Assembly (NCBI RefSeq): GCF_964204645.1
Contig: NC_134035.1
Span: forward strand, 5,270,001 to 5,334,000
DNA from: Tubulanus polymorphus
Lineage: Eukaryota > Animalia > Nemertea
Length of the DNA: 64,000 bases
Direction: 5' to 3'
Shown: piece by piece, positions 1-12,500 of the stretch
How the letters are laid out: each line of letters opens with the position of its first letter
Position numbering within the stretch: the stretch's first letter is position 1
Position numbers and translations under genes: made by a program
The notes under the pieces: model-generated
What the model was told of the DNA's origin: nothing
The model's input: only the letters and a program-made list of their open reading frames with translations
Database searches by the model: none

Positions 1-182
1 AAATTTCAACCAAAGTGAATATGAGGATTTTCTAGATTTAGAATCTTACATTCTTATCATTCTTTATCAAATCACGTAATGATTAAGAAACGCATTGATT
101 TTATTCTCTGATTTTTCCAGGTTTTTTGTAAAATTTGTCAAATTTCCAGTTTTCCCTGATTTTTCAGAAGCAGTTTACCTAC

Positions 183-516
183 CTCGTTTTTATGATATTT
201 GAAGAGTCGCGATTTCCACGGTTTCGTTTTTTTCGCTTGTTTCTCGAGTCCGAGATCGATTGTTTCCGAGCTCGTTTTCGCGTACGTCGGATTCGAAAAC
301 GTCAACGTCGTCGCGTCGTTATCGTACGGCACCGACGCCCCCTGGTGGTGGTGGTGGCACTTCCGTTTCCACAACACGATGCCGATTACGGAGACGATGA
401 GAACGGAGAATAAAACGACTCCGAGGATTATATACGGAATGTGCACTTTATCGGAGAGTTCACCGACAGCATCGACCGGTTCACATAAACCAGACTCGCG
501 CATCTCTTTACTACAT
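183..516 (-). CDS. LRP4: LRP4 exon 25, TM helix and NPxY cytoplasmic segment
   Basis: [11 protein letters not shown]...[25 protein letters not shown]...FSNPTY...; donor GAG|GTAGGT. Confidence 0.92.
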
Positions 517-3500
517 CTGAAAAAACAAACACAAAATACACAATATTTCTATTATATAAATCAATTAATTCTACAGGATGGCCACTTTTATTTGACTCCC
601 TTTTTCCCTGACCTTAACCTGACATGCACAGGTCAGTGTTGCTCAAAAGTTGGTTAGAGTTAACCAATGGTTAGTTGACATATTGACAGAGTGATAATCA
701 AAAGATCATTATTACTACGCTATTTTTCTACCAGTTATGTTTAACCAACTTTTGAGCAACTGACCCCATGTTGTTGATGTGCTAAGAACCCAATCAATTA
801 ACACAGTCAAATAGGTAAGACATGGACGGAAACTGTTTGATTATACGCGCGATCTAGCGATCTCAACAAATTTCCCTGACTTTCCCTGATTTGAGCTATT
901 TCATAAAATTCCTGACTTTTCTAAAGAAAATAAATTTCTCACAAAACAGGTACCGGGTTAAGGGGGTTATGAAGACCTTTCTAGATATGGCTAAAAGTAA
1001 TATTTTGATCATATATTGTTCAGATATTTTCTCTGGGTTTTATCCAGGAAGAAAGACACTCTAATTATTTGGATGGATATATGAAAGCTGTGGGTACTGG
1101 AGTGTGTAATGGGTAGTGTAGTGTGATCTGTGTGCATTTGTGGCCAGCACACAGATCACATTGTTCAATGGGGTTTGGTCCAGGACTCGCGAGATTTTCA
1201 ACAACACGGAAGTAACGTGTAATAAATGATGACTTGAATTGCATGACTACCTACCACCCCTCATTATTGTTGGAAAACTAAACGTTTGGCACTGACTAAA
1301 AATTAGTAATAACATTTTAGAAATGGCCAGAATTTTAACTTAGGTTCTATCTCATTTTTATTTTACAATTGCGATTGGTATAATTTTATTTTAAACGGCC
1401 GTTAAGGCTTCATGTTTCGTCTGCAATTCACTGCAAATAGTTACGCAACTACGCACATTTCAGTGTTTTTGGCAGCTGTACACTCAATCGGCACGGTTCG
1501 TGACTAGCTTCACTGCTGAATTATGATTAATTAACATCGCCATATCACATCAGCAACTTATATTGTGCCTTAAAACCCTAACAGCTGAAATAATTGAAAC
1601 GCACACACGATTTCTATCACTGAAAATTGAGAGAGTGGCCATGTTTGTGTTTGCTGCTTCGCGTAAATCCCGCACGGTGGCGCAACCGCGCGGAGTGGGG
1701 CAGATACGTCCAGTACTGGACCATAAGAGCGTACTGAATCCGTAAACTTGTGTAGTATCCCGGCCTAGCCTGTGCCATCCCGTGTGATACTAGTAGTATG
1801 TGCTGCATACATAGCCAGCCAGCAGTATGTTGTATACACTAGCTTTTGAGTAGGTCACACGCCAGTACGCTCAGCGAAAAGTGCGTATCTCTTACTTATA
1901 GATATTGCATTCGTGGAAATAGCGTCATTTGGAAGAGCAAAAGGCTGTCAGATAATAGAAAACATACATTTTGTGTATCCAAGTTTAAATGCTGTCATAT
2001 GTCGAGGCTGTTTTTACACATAGGCTGGATGTTGAGTTTAGGTTCAGGCTTGCGGTCCGATCTTTGGGCCATGTCTGTTGTTTTGGCAACTAAAATTTTT
2101 TGTTACCTCTGCGGCAACAGTTCACGGCTACACGCAGCCAAGGCATTTCAAAAGACGGTAAAATTAGCACGTTCTTCAACAAAAATGAACATTGTTTTAT
2201 AACGCCTCCGAGTGTACTGCGATGTCTTCTAAAATTAACATCATCAATATCAGCGCGCAACCGCATGTGTCCCATTAGAACTAGGGCCGTTGCTACGGGC
2301 TTTTCTCGCATTTGGATAATGATATTTGAAATTTTTTTCACTTAACTACTATAGACACACATGGTAAACGTTTTATACAAAGCTAATTTGATTTAAAAAT
2401 TTTTTTCCCAAAGTCTTCATAACCCCTTTTAAGAGTTTATACTTATGAATTGTGCTGATGCGCATCTTTATACCGGTATATCTCACTCAGTAATGCTGCT
2501 GCTATTGTCCTGTGACAACTCATTGGAATTCACTGTCACCAACCACTGAATAACTTACCTATTATCATTGTACCGGCCTCGAACGTTCACTTTATTGATC
2601 ATTTTTCCGTTCCAATCGACGTTGTTACTCGAGTAATCGTAATCTGAATCATCGATGGAATTATCGTGCACGCGACCGCCACCGCCGGATCCGTGACCTG
2701 TAAATGTACGGAAATATTTCATTGAAAATCTTTAGTAATAGTTCGGAGCTTTTCTCATTCATGAAGCCAAAGAGATAAGCTGAGGTCCAAGATTGAATTG
2801 TTCTAAGTTATGGGTCGAACTGAATTCAAGCATTGAAATTTTCAAGATTCGACTGCAGCAAAAGTTGCTCTTTGATCATTCTTCTTGATTAATTCATATT
2901 CAACAAATATTAGATCATGATATTTCAACAATAACATGATTTTTACACAATATCATTTTCGAGCGAACTGAATAGAATACGCTAGGAATTTATACCGGCG
3001 GTAATATTTTACAATGCTTTACGCAAGCAATACTTTACGAGTTAACCCTTTCAGTGCGTCTACACCGCAGTGCGGTGTATGAATCAGTGATAGATTTTGC
3101 TAGTACACCACACTGCGGTGTTTTGATGTAATTAGTAATTATCTTTCTTGAAAGATGGCAGCAACTGTCAAACATAGTGAAATACTAGTTACTAACGATA
3201 CACTGCTCCGCGGTGTAGACACACTATAGTGCTATTCCCATAATTAACACACTAGGGTGGAATTTTCTTAAATTTTCAAATTATCTCTAGCACTATAGGG
3301 TAGTAACTAGTCAGCGCTGAAAGGGTTAAACGTTCAGAGATTCACTTGCTATTAAAGAGTTCTACTTACGAGCGGTGCATTTATGAGGATCGGGGTAATT
3401 AGGACAGGCGCACGTATATCCATCCGGTCGAGCTAAACATAAATGAGAACAGCCGCCGTTGCGGACGGCGCACGGATTCGTGCCCGTTTGCCGTAACGGC

Positions 3501-6500
3501 GAAACCACGTGTATATCCATCAATCCGTTCAGATGTCCTTGCATCGAAATGTGATTTTTGCCGGATTTCTTATCGGCGCGATCGATTGAACGCGTGTGCC
3601 AGTCAGTCCAGTATACGTACTCGCCCCAGACGGCGACGCCGAACGGATGATTGATGTGATCTACGAGAACGATGCGATTGCGACCGTGCATGTCGGACGT
3701 TTCGATTCGATCGAGTTGAGCGTCGACCCAGTACAGACGCTTGTCTTCGAAATCGATCGTTAAACCGTTCGGCCAACCTGAAATTAAAACGATTGAACAA
3801 TCGACACGGCAGAAAATCGAAATGATCTGATTTCGACGAGAAATAAAAACGTTTTCCAATCGTTTCTTAATGACCTATCCCATTCACCATGTTGGTTGTA
3901 CCCAATCATTTAATGAGAAATAACTGTTGAAAACGTATCAGTTAAACGACCCATACAGATAGATTCTTTTTGAGTTTTTTAGTTGAGGTAGAGTCGACTC
4001 TTATTCGATAAGTCTCGAGTAAAAGCATCTAATGAAGAACATCAATTCCCATGGTAGTCAAATCAGTGAAATATTTCAAACACATTAAAGAGGATCATCA
4101 CCCATCCCACGCCATGCTATTCATCGTACCTAATCAATTGGTGTAGAATGTAAAGAAATTTTGAAAAGGTATCGGTTAAACTACAGATCAATTCTTATTG
4201 CATAACGTTCTCTAACGATTATGTACAGTATATTGCTACTACTCCTTAAGTCTTAAGTCAAGACATTTTAATTCCCCTGATTCTCAACAAACTGAAATAT
4301 TTACATTCCACACACACTGATTAAGAGTTTAACCGAGACAATCGGAAACGCGTACCTAAATCATCGTGAACGAGTACTTTTCTGTTAGTTCCGTCCATAA
4401 ACGCGCGTTCTATTTTCGGAGGGCTACCCCAGTCAGTCCAGTAAATCAACCCTTTCTTCGGATGTAGAGCTAACGCTCGAGGCTGATCGAGATTATGAGT
4501 GAGTAGCGTTTTCCGCGACGATCCGTCCAATCGGGACACTTCGATAACGTTACGTCCCGTGTCGGTCCAGTACAGATTACGAGCGATCCAATCAACGGCT
4601 ATACCATCGGCAGTCGTCAAACCTGGAATTTCGATAATAACCATCGAGTACAGAAGATGTTGACAATGACTCACTGACTCACTGACCCACTGATGGGGAG
4701 CAACTTTCTGCCAATTTACAAATCTGCCCACTTTCTGCCCAGTTCCGTATTTTTAAACAAAATTCCCGCAGTGAATCACGAGAAATTTCTAGATCTAGAA
4801 TGTTACAATGAGTTCATTTTTTATTGAATCATGTACCGATAAAGAAACATGTGGTAAATAGCATTATGCAATTCCCTGAGTATTCCAGGTTTTTGGTAAA
4901 ATTTATCAAATTTTCTGAGCTTTCCCTGATTTTTTTCTACATTTTTCTGACTATCTGAGTTTTCCCGGTCAGTGGCCACCCCAACTGACCTTTAGTCAAA
5001 TCGGAGCTAATGAGACTAAATAAATGGAAATACCTTTACTGACAATCGTCTCCATCTCAGTGCCGTCGAGATTTGCCCGTCTGATCACGTCCAGATAAAC
5101 ATCCGTATAATAGATCTTATTCTCTTTCAAATCGTAGTCGAGAGCGATAGCGTTGTGCAGATCGGGCAGGGGTAGGTGCACGTCGATATTACCGGGCGTA
5201 TCCATCGATATACGTCGGATACTGCCGCGACTGGCGAACAGTAAATACGTGCTGGGAATATTATAACACGTGCGTCGATCCGGTTTCAGCAGTAAACCGG
5301 TCGGACAGGCGCACGTATAACCGTTCGGTCGCGCCAGACAAAAATGGCTGCAGCTACTCTTCTTTCCGGTCGGACAGCGGCGTTTAATCGACGTCCGAAC
5401 GCGGTTCGTCTGCACGGCGCGGATATCCATCAGACGGATCAAATTCGATCGAATCGTTTTCACGTCGGAGCCGTCGTTTTTGTTGGCGCGTTCGATTTTT
5501 TTCGTCACCCAGTCCGTCCAGTAAATGTACTCGCCCGCCACGGTTATTCCGTACGGATGAGGAGCTTTCGCGATTAATACGTGTCGCTTGTGACCGCTGA
5601 AATCGGACATCTCTATCGACTACAAAATCAGAAAGATATTTTCTTTACGAAATAAAACGAATTTCAAATTGTCAGAATCAGATTCGAGGAAAAACTACAT
5701 CGAAACGCAAGAAATCCCACAATAATTAAGCTAAAAATGAAAAGTTCTTGAATAGGAATGTATACATATTTGAGCGACATTTAGGCTAATAACTATTAGC
5801 CATTATAAGACGTGATAATGGCTAGTCATTTTTTTAGCTTAATTATTTTGCGATTTCTCGAGTTTATTCATCATACACGGATCTTATCGACTGAAAACTT
5901 ACTTCTTTTCGCGCGTCGACCCAGATAATGCGTTTAGCGATCTTATCGATAGTCAGTCCGTTCGGCCAGCCGAGTTTTTCGGTGATGATCGATTTACGCG
6001 CCGAACCGTCCATATTGGCTCGTTCTATTCGCGGCTCGGCGCCCCAGTCGACCCAGAACATCAGACCTTCCTCGTAGAACAGAGCGATCGCTCGCGGGCT
6101 GTCTAGGTGTTCCCAGAATAGAACTTTACGCGAGTGCCCGTTGTATGTGGAGACTTCGATGCGTTTTTTCATCGTGTCCGTCCAGTAGATATATTTACCG
6201 ATCGGATCAATGGCGATTCCGTCCGTCGTGTCTAATCCGTCTTTAATAACGACTTCTACCTGCGAACCGTCGAGATTAGACCGGAATATTCCGTCCTGTA
6301 CGCTATCGGCCCAGTACACTTTACCTGCAAACAATATACAGATTATCAAATTCTCTCATCGCATGTCAAACAGATATAACAGGGTCGGCCACTTTCTGCC
6401 CATTTACAAAGTTTTCACTGATTTTTCCATGTGAATACACAAAACTCATCAGAGATGAATCAGAGATATTTCTAGTTTTAAAATGTAACAATTCATTCAT

Positions 6501-9500
6501 TTTTCATTGAACTAGGTACTGATAAAGAAACACACAGTCAGTAGCATTATCCAATTCCATGAATTTTCCAGGTTTTCTACAAAATTTGTCAAATTCCCGA
6601 GTTTGCCCTAGTTTTTCTGATTCGCAGACTTTTCCAGGTAAGTGGTCACCCGTGATAACATGATTCACGATTGTCGACCTTCAGGTTTAAATCCCCGTGA
6701 GGAAGGAAGGCCCTTAGGGTAAAGTTAGAAATCATACCTTCGTAAGGGTCGATATCCAAGGCGATAGCGTTTCGCAATTCTCCGACCGGTAAAACGACAT
6801 CGGCGTAATAATCCATATCTAAAGAGATCGCTCGAATGTCCGTTCGGCGAGCAAATATGAGGAAATTCTTCATTCCTGAAATAATATAACACAGATATCG
6901 TTAACTAGGCAACACTTAGACATTTCAATCTGTTTCTCGAAAATTGAACGCACCTATTTCACAGTGTCGGCCATCTTCCTTCAGTCGGACACCGGTAGGA
7001 CAAGCGCACCGATGACCTCTTGGTTGAGAAGCCAATAAACACAAATGACTGCAGCCACCATTATCAATTTGACAAGCATTTGGAACTGTAAAACACATCA
7101 TAAAACATTCTGATCTAAGCAATAATCAACATTTTCACAAAATGAGGACAAAGCTATGATTTTCGTTGAAGAATCACTGGGTTGTAGAGATAAAATCAGA
7201 TCCCACTACGGAGTATTTGAGAAAATGACAAAGGATGTCGAAAAAACGAAGACAAATTTGGGCTTTCCAATCAAACTATGATAAAACTATCGGTTTTTCA
7301 TTGAAGAAGCTGACTGATTCTAACCGTAAAATCAGAGATGTTTAAACTCACCGGATTGTCGATATCGATGAAACATTCTAATATCCATTAAACTGTCTAA
7401 ATCACAGCGTACGATCTCTCGAGCGTGTCCGAGTAGTTTATCAGCTCGATGAACGCATTTCGATTCCCAGTCCGTCCAGTAGATTTTGTTATCGTATAAC
7501 GTCAAACCGAATGGATGCGGCAACTCGTCGCTGATCAACGTCTGCCGATTTCGTCCGTCCAAATCGGAGAACTCAATCGTTTTCATTCCGCCGTCCGCCC
7601 AATACAGTCGACTGAGTTCGTAGTCGATGGCGAGTCCGTTCGGCCACGTGAGATTCGTTTGGATTAGAATCGTACGTTTCGTTCCGTCCATACTCGCTCG
7701 TTCGATCTTCGGTTGTTTACCCCAATCGGTCCAATACATAAACCTTACAAAATACAAATACCAAATACAAAATACAGTTGAAGCCGATTTATTGACCTAA
7801 GTATTCAGAGCAAATGAGCAAAACTCACTGGTTGATGATTTAACAATTTATTTTCTGACAGTTCCAAAGTTTTGACTGAACTTGATTTTCATTTATGTGA
7901 TCATGAAGTTTAGTCTTGAAACCGTCAGAATGAACTGTTATATCATCAACTGTGGGTTTTGCTCATTAACAGCTGAACCTCATTACAATGAACTTCACAA
8001 AAACAGGAGCAAGATCCATAGTTCTCAGATGTAATTTGACATCATGTACTAATTTTGAGTCAAACTGAGCCGCTAACTGTCTGTAATAATCCTAACTGAT
8101 TCAGTGTAACAATCAAAATCTGTAAATCATTACCACAGGGGCTCATATCTAAAGTGTGGCGGAGAATAGTAGCTTCAATCATCCAAAATCCCAGGTACTA
8201 TCCGGGATACTAAATGCTCCAAGCTATCATTCAAACTACAAATACAAGCAAGCGCCTGTGGTTATAACTGATAGCTAGTTGTACGTACCCTGCAATAGGA
8301 TCGACTATAATATCCCTCGGTTTATCCAGGTTCTCGTAGATGAGTACCGTACGCATGCTGCCGTCTAGATTCGCTACCTCGATACGATCGGTGTTAGCGT
8401 CGGTCCAGTAGAGTTTACGTCCGACCCAATCGATCGCTAAACCGGCTGGACTTTCTAAACTCGAGTTTAACACCACCTGAAAACACATAAACATACTGTA
8501 TATGGCAAGCTAACTTCTATAATGCACTGGAAATTTTTTCAGGATATATGCCTCGAATTAATCGGTAATCAAATCGAAGGTATGACCCTCACCAAGAGAC
8601 CATCAATAGCTTAACACCTTTTACCAGTACATATTAACTAAATGACTACGTTAAGCCGCTGTCAGCGAGCGAAAGCCGCCGAGAGCGGCTTTCATGACGA
8701 CACAAATGTAAACACTGCCTACGTTCAAACTACACGTGATTTTAACCAATCAGAATGCAAGTAAACAATATCATCATCAATTATGTGAGGGAATTCCATG
8801 GAATCCCCTACGCAACGCATCATAGACACTATTGATCATGGGAAGTACCAGAGGGGGAATCCCTTATTAACCAAAATGGCAGAAATTCCGTCTGCTGCAA
8901 ACGATTTTGAATTTGGGTATTCTGGAGTGAATGAGTTAAACGAATCAAGAATTTAGAAAAGCTTAAAACGATCAATGAACCTGACAAACACTAAACACTG
9001 AGACTGTTACAATACGAACCTCTTGACGTTCGCCGTCCCAGTGAGATCTACTGATTGTATTGGTTGTAACGTCTGACCAGTAAAGCATGTCAGTAGCTGA
9101 GTCCCAGTCCAATGCTACGGCACCGCTGAGCGCTTTGAGAGGAATCACTACATCAGTTCGATCGCTCGTATCAAACGATATCCGACGTATATCCTTCAGT
9201 CGCGTGAACACCAGGAAATTGTTCAAATCTGCAAACAAAATATTCAATTTTATACATGACATCAACCACAATATGAGTTCGAATACTGGGGCTGGCAGAG
9301 TTCCTAGTCAAAGGTTCTTCTCAGGATCCTCAGAATCCTAGAACTCATCAATTTGAAATATATCTCTGAAGATGAGTGGAAGTATTCCACCCGAAACATC
9401 AGGACAAAACAATAACTATTGTTTCTTGAATCTGCATTGGTGGGTGTTCACGCAATAATCCTAGAACCCACTGATATGGCGCTCAGGATCCAGTTCCACA

Positions 9501-12500
9501 GTTGTGAGTTAGAGTTAACTCTGAGTTAAAATTAGTCCATTTTCAATGAGTTAACTCAGGGTCAAATTTTAAATCCGAACTGTGGAACTGAACCCAGCAG
9601 CTCAAGGGATATCCAAGTAATACATACTTTTAGCACAGATTTTTCCGTCGTGAAGTTTGAATCCAGTCGGACACGCGCACGTGTAAGTTTTACCAGCCGG
9701 TAAACACAAATGACTGCATCCACCGTTATTTAAACCGCAGACGTTTTCACCGGCCGGCTGCCTCTGAGGATGTAGAGTATGAATATCCATCGGATAGTGC
9801 AGCTTATTCTTCACCGCTTCGACGCCGTGACCGTCGAATTTATTCGCTTTATAAATACTCTTAGTTTTCCAGTCCGTCCAAAACAGGTCGTCCTCGAATA
9901 TTGTGATGGCAAATGGATGAGGCAGGCCTAGAAATCAATATCAAATTCTAATGACAATGGCACATGATTGGAGTCACATATCTACCGTATTCGTAACAAT
10001 TTCAATATCTAATTCTCATGACAATTACAACGGGCACATACTTGGAGTCACATATCTATTCATAACAATTTCAATGTTCAAAATTCATTCTCTTATTGCT
10101 AAACTGTGCATCAGCCATCTCTCCCCGGGAAATTGTTACCCTGAGCCCAGTTTCAAGAAAAAGTTTAAGCCTAAAATGGTTGAGTTTGTTGACCTCATTG
10201 AAAACATGAAGTAACCAATAGCAATTACACCAAAAATTTGAGTTAACTTTTTGCAAAACTGGGCCCAATACTCAGGAAGGTAAGATAATCCCAAGAATAT
10301 CGAAAACTGTAACCCTGTGACGAACGCCTTACCACATGCCCACACCGCTCGTCTGAATAAAGACCGCTCACTTACCGTGACTGAGAATCGTTTTCCGGCG
10401 AGTTCCATTCAGATGTGCGCATTCTATAACGTGATGTTTCGCGTCTGCCCAGTAAATACGTTTACTAGTGTAATCCAGCGTTAATCCGTTCGGCCACAGC
10501 AGCGATTTACGAACGATGATCTCACGTCCCTCGCCGTTCATATACGCTCGTTCGATCCGCGGCGTTTTACCCCAATCAGTCCAGTATATATACCTGTCAT
10601 AATAAATTGTTTCACAATGCAATGCAATGCAGTCATAATTTGGCTTGATAAGCTTTGAGATAATAGTTAACTGTATTATAAGATCAGTTCTGCGGTAAGA
10701 ATAATATTATAGCAGGGTGGCCACAGTCTGCCCATTTACAATTCCCCAGAGTTTTCCATGTGATTACACAAAATTCCCTGAGAGAATCAGAGAAATTTCT
10801 ACGTTAAACATTTTACAATTCATTCATTTTTCAGTGAATCACGCACTGATAAGAAACAAATGATCGATAGCATTACCCAAATTCCCTGATTTTTCCAGGT
10901 TTTTGGTGAAATTTGTCAAATTCCCCGAGTTGTCCTTGATTTCTTCTAGGTCTTTCTGATTCCCTGAGTTTTCCAGATTGGTGGCTGCCCTGAATATCCC
11001 ACTGATATTCTATTGTAATATAGTAAGTCAGTTTGACTTGAAAGGAATCTAGTTTAAGAGTTTAAGTATATCTGTTTTTCAGTAAGAATGATATATTGTT
11101 ACGTAACGTACCCCTCGAGCGGGTCGGCAGCTATCGCTCTCGGTTTCATCAAATCCTTCCAGATGATCACACGGCGCTGCGAACCATCGAGATTCGCGAC
11201 TTCGATTCGCGACGTTCCCGAATCGGTCCAGAACAACTTGTCGTGAATCCAATCGACGGCGATTCCGCCGGGACTCTCGAGACCCGTTCCAACGATCTCG
11301 TCGACGTTGCTGCCGTTAATGTTCGCGCGTTTGATTTTATCGAGTGTCACGTCCGACCAGTAGACGAGGTTTTTCTCGTGATGGAAGTCGACGGCGATCG
11401 CGTTCTCTAAACCTTCGAGTATCGACGTGTATTCAGCGCGATTCGGAAGAACTTTACGAATATCGACTCGATTCGCGAATATCAGATATGCTTCACCACC
11501 TGTATAGACAGAGAGAGACATAAACTAAACTTCACAACAGAACAGAAAATGGAGAACAGCTGATGGAGAAAGGGACGGTTTTAAGGGACACTGATTCATT
11601 TTCAATATCATACATTGAAGATAGTGACTTCAAATGATTTTCAGAGATAGTAGCACTGATCTTATACAGGGTCCACGGTAGTAAGGCTCAGGTTCAAATA
11701 AGCACCACTTTAAAACCAAAGATAAGAACTTTCAAGTGCAATCCTGTAGATTTGACAGTGCGTGATATATGCGCATGCGCGGTTATGTGGAATACGAAAC
11801 GGACATGAAAACTGTGATAATGACGATATGCTTTTGACAAAATTGGGCTCGAGAAGATGATCGGGATTTAAAATTTGAATGAAACGACTACAGAAGTGAT
11901 GAACCTGACGATGCTGAAAGATGCGTACTCAGAAAATACTGACGATTAAGCACTTTTTAGAGATTTCTAAAAAATAAGTACTGTTAATGGCCCTCATTTT
12001 TATTTTTCCAAAATAAGCGCTTATACTGATTGATAAGGACTGCTACGGATCCTGTTATATCTCTTGGATGATGATAATCGGATTTAAGACACGATGAAGT
12101 TGACTGAAATCGAACTGAGAAGAAGGGTAAGGTAGAAGATCTACTCACCTAATGCTTTACAGCTTCGGCGATCGTTACGAAGTTGATATCCTCGAATACA
12201 CGAACAGATATACGAACCGGGAGTATTAGTGCAAGACTGACTACACGCACCATCGATTTCACATTCATTAAAATCTGAAACAAACCGAAACCGCATTCCA
12301 ATAAACAGCCGCGATCATTAACGCATGGCGTTGATTCACATTAAACGACCGATCAGGGACTTATTGTTCGTATATTACCTTGACAGTCTTTAGCATTCGC
12401 AGCCAGACTGTAACCGCTTCTACAGGAACATTGAACTCCGTAATCTCCATCGAAACATTTCTGCGCACAACCACCATTGTTAACACTACACGAAGCCAAC

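Noticed and set aside
135-657. Plus-strand ORFs overlapping exons (also 5344, 6210, 9087, 11096)
   Set aside because: Antisense shadows of CpG-rich coding exons.
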